A stretch of DNA of 64,000 nt from Spirochaetia bacterium (GTDB lineage: Bacteria; Spirochaetota; Spirochaetia; DSM-27196; Salinispiraceae). Positions 1 through 8,979 of this stretch are shown here, piece after piece. A model generated the notes under the pieces. The model had not been told where the DNA came from. It searched no databases and saw only the letters and a program-made list of their open reading frames with translations. A program made the position numbers and the translations under genes. The stretch is from NCBI GenBank assembly GCA_038204425.1, contig JBBRCZ010000001.1:512639-576638 (forward strand). The letters run 5' to 3'. Within the stretch, counting starts at the first letter, position 1. Every line of letters begins with the position of its first letter.

Positions 1-15
1 GCTTGTCGCCGTTCT

Positions 16-78
16 GCCTAATGACCAGCTTAACCTGCAGCGCCGTTAGGCGGTGTCAGGTTGAAGCGCTAATTAGGC
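16..78 (-). mobile_element. Integron attC-like recombination site with a non-canonical AAT/ATT core
   Basis: Minus strand reads GCCTAAT-tagcg-CTTCAACC-tgacaccgcctaacggcgctgca-GGTTAAG-ctggtc-ATTAGGC. This gives R''/L''/L'/R' boxes with 5- and 6-nt spacers, an extra C in L'' and a central hairpin. It lies 36 nt after the stop of a co-oriented ORF. Confidence 0.7.
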
Positions 79-114
79 TTTTACATCATTAGTCACAGCA
101 AATGGTTCTTGAGA

Positions 115-835
115 CTACGATTCCGCTTCAACACGTGCAACTGCGAAGTCCATTCCTGTAAGAGTTTCGTTAATTATCATTGTCCTAAAATGCTGTGAAC
201 ATAACAAAAGAGATTCCGGCCTCAGCAAACCACGTTTTACACCTATCTTCTGCTTGCTGGCTAAACAATCGCTTTTGTATAAACCATCAGACGGAGCTAC
301 AAAGAGCTCAGATAACATATTCAGCCCAATCGTGTGGCCCATTGGGCATTTGTATACTTCCTTGCCATTGCTTTCTGACAAATCAAAAGGACTAACACCA
401 GCGATGGTCTGACTAGAAAGATCGAAGTCCAGTGTAGCTGAGAGTAGGAAATATTCCGAAGGTCCATTTGCAAAACTGATCCTTTTAAAGGATAGCCCTT
501 TTATAGAGTGTTTCCTACAAGCCTCAGTTTCGTCATAAATAGTTCCACATTCCTCTCCCGCAGGGCTCGAACTTAGTCCTAATTAATAAATAAAGTAGTT
601 GTCCTCCATCTAGTTCCCTGGGGTTGTACTTCCTCTTTATTGTCCATCCAAAAAAGAAACTCTGCTTATGATTCTCCATTACCTGCTGAGAAACAAACGG
701 AATGCGTGCATACCTTGGATCATTTTTCGCCACCTCGATAATCTTTATGAACGAACCAAGTGTCTTTCCTTCTGTTTCTTCAAAAAGAAGATTCGAAAAA
801 TCCTTGTTAATCCGCAATTCTAAGGTTTCCTTCAT
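115..835 (-). pseudogene. Frameshifted putative immunity protein for the upstream Rhs tip
   Basis: ORFs 533-835 and 115-381 join into one frame if one base is removed near 565 (...KFEPAGEECGTIYDETEAC...VSPFDLSESNGKEVYKCPMGH). It starts 16 nt after the toxin-tip stop. Confidence 0.55.
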
Positions 836-851
836 TTCATCTGCCCCATAA

Positions 852-1229
852 TCACTGTGGTAACGGATACTTCGAAAAGACTTTCGTTATTATTTCCTGC
901 AACTGACTTGCACTCGGCAATCCACTTTTGTAAGGCCAGAGAGATCGGAATTCGTTTGTTATAACTTGGTGATATGCGGAGTCCAAGGGTGCTAAGACTT
1001 GGTCTTTTGCACCACCAAGATACTGCGGAATAGGATGATGCAATTGAATCTTCCCTGCTTTCTGGGCATTATTCGATACCCATTGTCCTGCTGGTGAGTT
1101 AGCAACAAACTGCCCTAATCTCGAAGTCTGATTGGAAACCCACTGACCAGCTAGGGAGTTTGCGATAGGTGAAAATAACCGTGCAGCTGCAGCAACAAAC
1201 TTCCCATCCGGATCTGTGTACTTTAACGG
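852..1229 (-). CDS. Orphan Rhs C-terminal toxin tip, HNH-like nuclease
   Basis: PLKYTDPDGK Rhs-core/cleavage motif followed by a tip containing LHHPIPQYLGG...YHQVITNE. No Rhs body upstream; the ORF track extends it to 1295 through non-Rhs spacer. Confidence 0.7.
   Translation of the reverse strand, partial: PLKYTDPDGKFVAAAARLFSPIANSLAGQWVSNQTSRLGQFVANSPAGQWVSNNAQKAGKIQLHHPIPQYLGGAKDQVLAPLDSAYHQVITNEFRSLWPYKSGLPSASQLQEIITKVFSKYPLPQ
1200..1223. repeat. 24-bp direct repeat, copy 1 (encodes KYTDPDGK)
   Basis: cttcccatccggatctgtgtactt is identical to 2588-2611. Confidence 0.9.
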
Positions 1230-1332
1230 TGTCTCCGCTTTTCCATAAATCGTAAGGAAATAGGGCGTTGCCCGCTGCATGATTTCCGCTCTCAAGCGGT
1301 CCGTCTCTGAAAATGTTGGTGACTTAAGTAGT

Positions 1333-1730
1333 TTACTCCGCTTGAATCAAACGCGCAAGCTTGACCCCATGCTCATGATCCAATTCTTCATACAAGACGT
1401 GTTCGCGCGGGTGAAAGCGCGGGTACACGATGGCCAGGTTGTCGGTCATGACATGAGTATAGCGGACGGTGCTTTCGATATTGGTGTGGCGCTGCAGTTC
1501 CTGGACATGACGGATGCTTGCGCCGTTTTCCAGTAAATGAGTGGTTGTCGAATGTTGGATAGAGTGCGTGGAGATTTCCGGCTTGTCTGTGTCGGCGCGT
1601 TTGAGCAGTTCTCGAAAGCGTTCACTGATGGTGGTGCCTGGCAGGTGCCCTCCCTTGGTCGCGCCCCGGCTTCCGGCGAAGATCCAAGAGTCGCCTTGCT
1701 TATTTGGGGTCTGTCTCCTGGGGGGGGGCA
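1333..1730 (-). pseudogene. 3' remnant of a XerC/D-like tyrosine recombinase
   Basis: ISTHSIQHSTTTHLLENGASIRHVQELQRHTNIESTVRYTHV covers the HxxR box (R to Q), a degenerate LGH and the catalytic Tyr. The N-terminal half is missing. Confidence 0.85.
1446..1730. repeat. 285-bp direct repeat, copy 1 (recombinase remnant)
   Basis: Aligns by eye without gaps to 62359-62643 with about 13 mismatches. Both copies end at G9-CA. Confidence 0.92.
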
Positions 1731-1735
1731 GTGCT

Positions 1736-2110
1736 TTATGGCAACCAATCCACTTTGCGTTCCTCGGGAATTCGAAAAAAATACCAATTTTTAACATTAT
1801 TGTATAGGAGCTTAGTTTCGATTCTAATGCCCCATAGACATTCTTCAACTAAAACAGTTTTTTCCTTAAATATGGTATCGATGAAGCTAATTTTTTCTAT
1901 AAATTCTTGGGAAATAGAACAGTTATCAATAATTTCATCGATGATGTCTCGGGTTGATAAATCATTTAAATATTCATCAAACTGATACCTATCATTGAAT
2001 GGAAGTCCATTACAAGTCGAATCCCATCTATCTAATAAATAATTGATACCACCTTTCTTAACTTCGGAAGAATATTTACTTTTTTTTATATATTCATCTA
2101 CTTGCATCAT
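1736..2110 (-). CDS. Putative immunity protein
   Basis: Intact 124-aa acidic, AT-rich ORF starting 8 nt after the stop of an Rhs tip. Confidence 0.6.
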   Translation of the reverse strand: MMQVDEYIKKSKYSSEVKKGGINYLLDRWDSTCNGLPFNDRYQFDEYLNDLSTRDIIDEIIDNCSISQEFIEKISFIDTIFKEKTVLVEECLWGIRIETKLLYNNVKNWYFFRIPEERKVDWLP

Positions 2111-2118
2111 TTCCAGCC

Positions 2119-2767
2119 TTATTTAGAATTTGTATCAAAATATTCTTGCGGGAATCTTGGTCTAAAGATCGTTCCTCTATTAGCAGCTGCAGGGTTGTGA
2201 ATTACTAAAGTGCCATCATAAGCAAGATATCCTGTCTTGGGTTCTCCTGTCTTAATGTCAACGTTAGTTCTTCTTTGAGTTTTTGGGTTAGTAAGAACTT
2301 GATTGATCCTTAACCTTTATCTGGTGTTGGTGCATTCAATTCTGGATGCTTACCTTCACCAGCTACATGTTTACCTATTTCGTCTTTACCCTTCTCTGGA
2401 ATTGCATCTATACCAGGTGCTGCAATTGCAATCGCCGGTGCAACAGTACTACCTTGTAAAGTCACAAGCATAAAAAGGACAGTACCCCATCCTATCAATG
2501 ATAGCGCAGTTCTCTTAGCTGCAGCATCTGCAGCTGCAGCCGCAGAAACAGCTTTTGCGGCCTCTCCTAATAACTGCCCCTTACCACCTTCCCATCCGGA
2601 TCTGTGTACTTAATCGGATTATTCCCGACATAGCCATACCACAATAAACCATCGCGGACAGGGTCTTGAGTCAAGAAGCGGCCAGTGGTCGGATCATACC
2701 AGCGTGCATTGTAGTAATACAGTCCGGTATCGGTATCCAAGTCCTTGGAGGTATAGCGCATTGCCAT
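2119..2767 (-). pseudogene. Rhs core tail plus toxin tip, two frameshifts; tip resembles BECR-type RNases
   Basis: RYTSKDLDTDTGLYYYNARWYDPTTGRFLTQDP...YVGNNPIKYTDPDGK is a typical Rhs core. After shifts near 2580 and 2310 the tip reads ...IGKHVAGEGKHPEL...GTLVIHNPAAANRGTIFRP..EYF. Confidence 0.8.
2588..2611. repeat. 24-bp direct repeat, copy 2
   Basis: Identical to 1200-1223. Confidence 0.9.
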
Positions 2768-2786
2768 CGACTCCTTGACCTCAGTT

Positions 2787-4034
2787 CTAGCTCTCCACAG
2801 CGCTTGCAGCCGGCTCTTGAGGCTTAATGCCGTGGGCAATAAGTGACTTATTTGCCAATACCAAAACCGTGCTAAGTAAAATCAATATGCCAGTAACGAC
2901 TAAGAGGTATTCGATGGCAACAAGTTCTGCAAGTGGACCAAAAATTAGCATCCCCAGCGGCATCATGGAGGTCATAAGCATAGTAAACACGCTAAAAACC
3001 CGGCCGAGATACTGTTCTTCTACATGTTCTTGGATCAGAACTGTGGCACCAGTGTTGTAAAAGGGCATAGCTATACCAAAGACACCCATCGGTATCAGGT
3101 ATATCCAGAAATTTGGCATTGCCGATAATAGTATCGTACAAACACCCATTATCACGGACGCCGCAATCATCGTATACATGCGGTTCTTAAATCCACCCCA
3201 AGCAGCAATTATGCCACCGCCAAGCATCATACCCAGCGAGAAGACAATCTCTATCGCTGTAAGTCGCCACACGTCTTCTCCAAAGTTTCGTGCTACTTGC
3301 AAGGGCGTAAGAAAGGCAGCTGGTGCCACCAAAACCAACAAGGCTGCAACAAACCCAAAGAAAGAAACAAGAAATTTGTGTTGCCCAATATACTTAAATC
3401 CGAGCTTCATGTCCTCAAGATAAGTGACTGTTTGTTCTTGGCTGGCCTTTTTGTGCGGGCCAATTTTAACAAACAAGAGCAAAACCAAAATCGCAATCAA
3501 AGCGGTACCAACGTCGATGAATAAAATTCCTTCTATCGGCCATACACTCAAAAGAAAGCCGCTTACTACTGGCGAAACAAACATAATTGCTGACTGTATA
3601 GTAGTCTGTATGCCGTTAACCTTTGCAAGCTGTTCTGCTGGAACAAATTGAGGAAGGATAGCACCAACAGCTGGTCCCTGGATGGCGGTCCCTAAGGCTC
3701 TTATTGCAGCCGTCACCATAATCAACCACAGTGCTTTTTCGCCTGACAAAAAGACTGCTGCCAGCCCCAAAGTCGCGACAGCAATAAGAAAATCTGAAAT
3801 TACAATCAGTTTTTTTCTATCCATGCGATCTGCCCAGACACCTGCAAAAGGCGACATCAAAAAGGTTGGAACAAAACCACACAGGACAAAAACAGTCATC
3901 ACTATGCCAGATTTGGTTTCCAAAGTGACATACCACATCAGCGCATACTGCACCAAAGACGAACCAAACAAGGACAAGGTTTGGCTTACTAGAAATATAG
4001 AAAGCTGTTGTTTCCAGCGCTTAACGTCGCTCAT
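2787..4034 (-). CDS. MFS transporter, MefA/DHA3-like efflux family
   Basis: About 12 hydrophobic segments, GVWADRMDRKK motif A and an SQTLSLFGSSLVQYALMWYVT N-terminus. Confidence 0.85.
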   Translation of the reverse strand: MSDVKRWKQQLSIFLVSQTLSLFGSSLVQYALMWYVTLETKSGIVMTVFVLCGFVPTFLMSPFAGVWADRMDRKKLIVISDFLIAVATLGLAAVFLSGEKALWLIMVTAAIRALGTAIQGPAVGAILPQFVPAEQLAKVNGIQTTIQSAIMFVSPVVSGFLLSVWPIEGILFIDVGTALIAILVLLLFVKIGPHKKASQEQTVTYLEDMKLGFKYIGQHKFLVSFFGFVAALLVLVAPAAFLTPLQVARNFGEDVWRLTAIEIVFSLGMMLGGGIIAAWGGFKNRMYTMIAASVIMGVCTILLSAMPNFWIYLIPMGVFGIAMPFYNTGATVLIQEHVEEQYLGRVFSVFTMLMTSMMPLGMLIFGPLAELVAIEYLLVVTGILILLSTVLVLANKSLIAHGIKPQEPAASAVES

Positions 4035-4130
4035 GATTCCTCCGCATACCTAGGCTAAAATTGCACAAAACAATTCGTCTGTCAACGAATAAGTGCATCG
4101 ACCAAATCATGTCCACAAAAAATTTGTTTT

Positions 4131-4949
4131 CTAAAAAGCTACAATTTTTCGCGGGTCAGCAGGCTTGTCCTGAGATAGCCAATTTAACCAGTCAAGATAA
4201 AGGCTATCGTGACTCTTTTCAAACAATTTTGGATATTCGACACCAGCCAAAAGGATTTGGCTCAAGCCAATTGGTTTGGATGCCAACAAAAATGCAATCC
4301 ATGCGTCGCCCCAGCCTCGACTATCATTTAACCAGCTGAGGTGCATTTGTTCATCGTTGGTAAAAGAATTTATCAAGATATCAGGTCCTGGTGCCTGGGC
4401 TCGTTCCTCGCCACTGCCGTCTTGCCAACAGAAATAGCTGAGCACTGCTCTATGCATCCAATCATCAAGTTTTGGATAGTATGTCTTAAGTAAGTATTTG
4501 AGGTAAATTTCCAGCAGATAAGCTGGCTCTATTTTGCTGTCTTCAACAATAAAAAATTCGCCTTGCGATTCACTTCCCAGTTCGTCCTGCTGCACAAACA
4601 GTCGTTCCACAGGACTATAGCGGTGAGTGAGATACTGTTCTCGTTGAGCATAGAGATACCAGTCACTCTTGCTTTGTTCGGCATTTATAAGCCCCAAAGC
4701 CTTGCGCGCGCTTAGGCCACGATCTTCTAGCAAGGTCTTAAGTTCCAACGCAGAACGAGCAAGATTTGGGTCATGGTAGACCCTAAAGTTGTTGGACTCA
4801 ACAAGTCCCATTTTGGGGTTCCATGGATCACTTCTTTTGATCAAAAACAAAAAGGTAGCCAGCAAAAGTATAGCAATCAATGTAAGTCTAAACATGCGAC
4901 TCACAGTTGACTGTCTTCTGATGCTCGTTTTAAGTGGCGGATGGACCAA
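4131..4949 (-). CDS. Hypothetical membrane-anchored/exported protein
   Basis: 272-aa ORF with an N-terminal hydrophobic helix (likely start at MFRLTL), overlapping the upstream gene end. Confidence 0.55.
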   Translation of the reverse strand: MVHPPLKTSIRRQSTVSRMFRLTLIAILLLATFLFLIKRSDPWNPKMGLVESNNFRVYHDPNLARSALELKTLLEDRGLSARKALGLINAEQSKSDWYLYAQREQYLTHRYSPVERLFVQQDELGSESQGEFFIVEDSKIEPAYLLEIYLKYLLKTYYPKLDDWMHRAVLSYFCWQDGSGEERAQAPGPDILINSFTNDEQMHLSWLNDSRGWGDAWIAFLLASKPIGLSQILLAGVEYPKLFEKSHDSLYLDWLNWLSQDKPADPRKIVAF

Positions 4950-5755
4950 AAAGAAGTCAGTCCCAGCATCGTAGCCGTCAATAAGATCGCCATCGCTTGT
5001 ATGACTGTCAACGCGATTGCATCAAACGCGGTCACCAAAGCGCCCAAATAACAGATAGCTGCTCCGATTGAGACAAGGCTAGCGATAAGCAATATCGCTG
5101 CGATTTTCAAAAAAAAGGATCGGTAGTTTGGAATTGATTTCGCCATAGAAATGTAGACAAAAACGTAGATTAAGGTTGCTAAAGGAATGCTAAGCCCAAG
5201 TACAGCCTGCAGCAGTCTATTAGCAAACAGTGCTTTGTCTATGGCAAAGAAGGCAAGTCCAAAAGCAGATAAGGCACCAGCAAAGGCAAACACCGTGGCT
5301 AGTTCGGCATTTGGTTTACGTTGCAGATAGGTCTCGGTTAGTTTTTTACTGACTACGGCATTGGCATGTTTGTCAAAAGCCTTTGCTCGCTCAGTTTTTG
5401 CGTCTCTCAAGGTTTCATATATTGATGGTGTCCACCGCCAAGCAGAAAAAAGTATAAAAATTCCAGATGAAAGGACAACCATCGCACCACGATACCAAAG
5501 ACTTGGTCCAAAGGTGTTTCCTTGCGACTGCGTGCTTATCCCCAGTAAACCAAGTGTTAATCCGGGAAAGTTTTCATTTATAAGTAACGATTTGTCTGGA
5601 TAAACAAAAAAGGCTATGCCCAGAAACAAACAGAACATAACGCCGGCTACCAAAAATGTCAGGTGAGCTTTTGCGCTGGAAACCAAAGTGTTTAAGAATA
5701 AAGGCGGACTGGATTTAAACCAACCACTTGGCTTGTCGGCTTTTTTCTGTATCAT
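4901..5755 (-). CDS. Hypothetical polytopic membrane protein
   Basis: Several TM segments. Its start overlaps the stop of the DUF1361-like gene (ATGA coupling). Confidence 0.6.
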   Translation of the reverse strand: MIQKKADKPSGWFKSSPPLFLNTLVSSAKAHLTFLVAGVMFCLFLGIAFFVYPDKSLLINENFPGLTLGLLGISTQSQGNTFGPSLWYRGAMVVLSSGIFILFSAWRWTPSIYETLRDAKTERAKAFDKHANAVVSKKLTETYLQRKPNAELATVFAFAGALSAFGLAFFAIDKALFANRLLQAVLGLSIPLATLIYVFVYISMAKSIPNYRSFFLKIAAILLIASLVSIGAAICYLGALVTAFDAIALTVIQAMAILLTATMLGLTSFWSIRHLKRASEDSQL

Positions 5756-6426
5756 TCAGCGCCCCCGGGGGCTGGTCCACTGGTCTTCTCAAAACTTCGT
5801 AGACCCCAGTAGAAAATATTGAGCAGCGTGCCGAGCAAAAAAGTAAAGACCCACGTACTAAGATTAGAGAGAGGATCGGCGACCTGATTAAAAACATCCA
5901 AGAGTACATCGTCAATATTGTAAATCAAATCCCAGCTGTTCCAGCGCAGAAAACGACCCAAGTAGATGCCAAAACACGAAACGTAAATCATTAGGATGAT
6001 GAGTAGATTAACCACGTTCTTCTTAAAGGTAAGGCTGTCGCTGATATTTTTTAGACTAACGAAACCGTACATCATGCCAGTCAGTCCATAGCTAAGCAGC
6101 ATGATCAAATCAAACCACTTTGGAGCGTCAGGATATTTGCCCAAGTGCACCAAGTCCGTGAGAATGTAAGGGGCATTGGGAAAAAAAAGCAGCCAAATAC
6201 ATGCCGTAAATACAATCAAAAACCGGTTCCTAAATAGATGTCCATAAATTAAGGTCGATAGAAACCACGGTACGAAGGCCAAAAATAGATTCCAAAACAT
6301 AAATAGGAACATCATTTTTCCCGTGAAGACGACTCTGCCCACTGACAGCGCGATAGAAAACAAAGACATGCACAGCAAAACAGCCGTGGTTTTTTGAGAA
6401 AACAATGTCTTAAAATAGCTAGTCAT
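5752..6426 (-). CDS. DUF1361-family membrane protein
   Basis: WNLFLAFVP, WLLFFPNAPYILTDLVHL and GIYLGRFLRWNSWD motifs. Confidence 0.8.
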   Translation of the reverse strand: MTSYFKTLFSQKTTAVLLCMSLFSIALSVGRVVFTGKMMFLFMFWNLFLAFVPWFLSTLIYGHLFRNRFLIVFTACIWLLFFPNAPYILTDLVHLGKYPDAPKWFDLIMLLSYGLTGMMYGFVSLKNISDSLTFKKNVVNLLIILMIYVSCFGIYLGRFLRWNSWDLIYNIDDVLLDVFNQVADPLSNLSTWVFTFLLGTLLNIFYWGLRSFEKTSGPAPGGAE

Positions 6427-6434
6427 GTTTGATC

Positions 6435-6890
6435 CTAAATATTGTTGTAGGGTGGCTTTTTGATGACTTGCAATCCTTGCGGACTTATTTCCCGATAGTA
6501 GCAGCCATGTTGAGCCTTCCCATCCGCCTTCAGCGCATGGCAGGCACCGTCACCTTCTTGAAAAACTAAGTACAATAGAGAGTTTTGCTCGCAGTTTATG
6601 CGCGTCTGAAACACTTTGAGTCGATTGCCGCTAGACTCACCTTTTTTCCAAAGTGTTTTTCGACTTCTACTCCAAAAACAGATATAGCCGCTTCTCTGAG
6701 TTTCCAAAAAAGCCTCTCGGTTCTGGAAGGCCAAAACAATGACTTCTTTTGAGTCTTGGTCTTGGCAGACCACTGGAATGAGTACTTTTCCATCGCCTCC
6801 AAAATCCAAGCGAAGTTCTGCCTGGTATGCTGGGTCTAGTTCGGTAGCAAGGCCTTGTATTAACTTGGATTGACTTTCGTTTGGTTCCAT
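6435..6890 (-). CDS. hisI: Phosphoribosyl-AMP cyclohydrolase
   Basis: FWSRSRKTLWKKGESSGN, INCEQNSLL and GACH..CYYR motifs. Confidence 0.88.
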   Translation of the reverse strand: MEPNESQSKLIQGLATELDPAYQAELRLDFGGDGKVLIPVVCQDQDSKEVIVLAFQNREAFLETQRSGYICFWSRSRKTLWKKGESSGNRLKVFQTRINCEQNSLLYLVFQEGDGACHALKADGKAQHGCYYREISPQGLQVIKKPPYNNI

Positions 6891-6908
6891 TATCTCATCC
6901 TCTACCTT

Positions 6909-7673
6909 TTAATGAAACAACGCACTTAGACACCAAGCCGTCATTTCACGTGCCGCTTGTCCAGTTCTCCATAGACTCTGACTTGACGGTAGCAGAAATG
7001 ACGGAAAACTTAAAGTCTCAGATACGTTGTCAACAATGTACCAAGAAAACTGGTGCTCGCTTACTTGGTTTGCTATTTCAAAGTGCAACTGAGCTCTTCT
7101 TGCATGGAGAGCCGAAGTAATAATTAGCGCCCTAGAAAAATTGCGTCCTTTCATGATTGAAACAACGTTTTGCGCGTTCTCAGCAGTATTTCGCGATCTT
7201 GCTTCCAAAAGCAGCTTGTCTTTGTCCATTCCAAGTTGCGTATACCAGCGGGCCATCACAGGTGCCTCAAGCGCCAGAGGATCTGCAAGTGATCCACTAC
7301 CTCCTGAGAGCATAACCAAGGGAGCATAACCAAGCTTTTGCAGGCGCATAGCTTCATACAAACGCTCTGCACTCTCACCAGTTTTGATTTGAACCGAGCT
7401 TTGCCCAGGGTCTACGCTCCCGCCGAGCACCACAATTACATCGTAGTGAGTATCGGCCATGGGTAGTTCAGAAACAGGAAGCTGCCAGTTGAGCATCAAA
7501 CTAGCCCAGATTGGCGTTGAAAACAGATAGCACAACGCAAGCAAGATGCCTATCACGATCTTTTGTTTGGTTTTTAGATGTTTCTTTGTTTTAAAAAAAA
7601 GAAAACACGCCAGAACTATAATCCACAACACCGGATCCAAAAGCCAAGCAAGGACCTTGCTAACAAAAAACAC
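6909..7673 (-). CDS. YdcF/ElyC (DUF218) family envelope protein
   Basis: IVVLGG, SGGSG, SRNTAENA and ITSALHARRA motifs; N-terminal TMs. Confidence 0.85.
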   Translation of the reverse strand: MFFVSKVLAWLLDPVLWIIVLACFLFFKTKKHLKTKQKIVIGILLALCYLFSTPIWASLMLNWQLPVSELPMADTHYDVIVVLGGSVDPGQSSVQIKTGESAERLYEAMRLQKLGYAPLVMLSGGSGSLADPLALEAPVMARWYTQLGMDKDKLLLEARSRNTAENAQNVVSIMKGRNFSRALIITSALHARRAQLHFEIANQVSEHQFSWYIVDNVSETLSFPSFLLPSSQSLWRTGQAAREMTAWCLSALFH

Positions 7674-8389
7674 TATGGTTGAACTGGGCTGATATCAAAG
7701 AAGGCGGCTCCAGGAAGATTGCGAAGATCATCATGCCACAACACGAGCACATACCATGCGTTGTCCTTAATTACGGTTAGGCCCAAAGCTTGGCTATCTC
7801 GCCCAGAGCTGTAGTAGTAGTTTAGACCGTTAGGCATATCTGGAAGTGACCAAAAAGCGCCGTAGTTTCCATTCGGTACATCTATAAAATTTGTCCAACC
7901 TGGGCCAAAATCCTTGGCATACGCTACAATACCAAGGTTATAACTGGTCGCTACCTGCAGGTCAGGTATGGATCGACCCGTGGCGTTGAGCACCAATAAT
8001 CTTGCTTTGTTGGAAGCGGGAGCGCTTAGATCGAATAAGGCAGGCTGTCCGTTGTTTTGCACTAAAATCAAATAGTTCCGACCCGCTTCGAGTCGATAAT
8101 AGAGCACCTTGCCATCCGCGACTTTGTTCTCTTGCCATTCATTTGCGTCTCGAGTTCGGTACAATATCGAACGCGGTATCATTGAAGAGAAAACCACCAT
8201 TTGACTCGCATTGTTAGGGGCCAAGTTGTCGGTAGCAAAAATACCGTCTTTGCCGAGACTAACATCAACTGCTTGGGTCCAAAGGTTGACTGCAAAAACC
8301 CGAGAAACTGCGCCGGAGTTTTCTTGAGCAAATAGCACCTCGGTCAACAAACAGAGTAAGATTACCCACAGCGCTGCCTTAACTTTCAT
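7673..8389 (-). CDS. Secreted beta-rich protein, paralog of 52844-53521
   Basis: Signal peptide, GGAGG SD and two repeated beta-sandwich-like units. Confidence 0.65.
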   Translation of the reverse strand: MKVKAALWVILLCLLTEVLFAQENSGAVSRVFAVNLWTQAVDVSLGKDGIFATDNLAPNNASQMVVFSSMIPRSILYRTRDANEWQENKVADGKVLYYRLEAGRNYLILVQNNGQPALFDLSAPASNKARLLVLNATGRSIPDLQVATSYNLGIVAYAKDFGPGWTNFIDVPNGNYGAFWSLPDMPNGLNYYYSSGRDSQALGLTVIKDNAWYVLVLWHDDLRNLPGAAFFDISPVQP

Positions 8390-8463
8390 GTAAACCTCCC
8401 AGCAAAAAGCCTTAGTTTTAGACTAAGGGATATTTTGGAGACTATCAAGTACTTAGTAAAGTA

Positions 8464-8916
8464 TCATCTAACTTCGAAATTTGCGTTGTTTACGGCCTTG
8501 TCGATCACAAGCGAGACTTCATCAAATGTAGGGCCCCTAAAGGCGTGTCTAGTGTTTTTTGAAAATCCCCAAGCTTCTGTGGGGCCAAAAAGCCCTATAT
8601 CTATTTTTTTGTTGCCATTGCTGTCCAAAAAAGCCTTGAGAGCATAGGTACCCTTTTTTACGCCGACAAAATTGTACCTGATCCGATAACGCTTGTCTGC
8701 CAAAAGCACTGCATCGGGGCCAGGTACCACAAATTGCAGCCCCAAGAGCTGTGGTTTGTCGCCGTCAAAACTGTTCTTGTCAAAAAGGGCAATATAAAGA
8801 GTGCCACTGCCCGTTACGAGCACATCGCCACCCAGACTCAACGTGGTCTCCTGAGCAAAAAGACTAGGCAGACAAACAAGGCATATGAACAGTCCGACAT
8901 TTAATAACTTACGCAT
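8464..8916 (-). CDS. DUF2141-family exported protein
   Basis: GTLYIALF...GTYALKAFLDSNGNKKID.GLFGPTEAWGFS...GPTFDE. Confidence 0.8.
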   Translation of the reverse strand: MRKLLNVGLFICLVCLPSLFAQETTLSLGGDVLVTGSGTLYIALFDKNSFDGDKPQLLGLQFVVPGPDAVLLADKRYRIRYNFVGVKKGTYALKAFLDSNGNKKIDIGLFGPTEAWGFSKNTRHAFRGPTFDEVSLVIDKAVNNANFEVR

Positions 8917-8979
8917 GCAGTTGAGTATAGCTCAACAAAGACATTCTTACTCGCCAAAAACAAGCTTTTATGCTATCAA

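Noticed and set aside
1221..1228. GTTAAAG on the minus strand at the start of tip2 as a cassette R' box
   Set aside because: It is explained by the P-L-K codons of the Rhs core and does not fit GTTRRRY.
1333..1730. Recombinase remnant as an integron integrase (intI)
   Set aside because: No IntI-specific insertion is visible before the HxxR box, so it looks Xer-like. It is also truncated.
1279..1985. Plus-strand and alternate-frame ORFs over the recombinase remnant (also 62359-62665)
   Set aside because: Shadow frames. The 1333-1848 ORF is a chimera whose N-terminus is an off-frame read of the immunity gene.
2567..2839. 90-aa ORF as an independent gene starting inside the MFS gene
   Set aside because: Only the part from about 2767 is Rhs-like; the rest overlaps the MFS 3' end in another frame.
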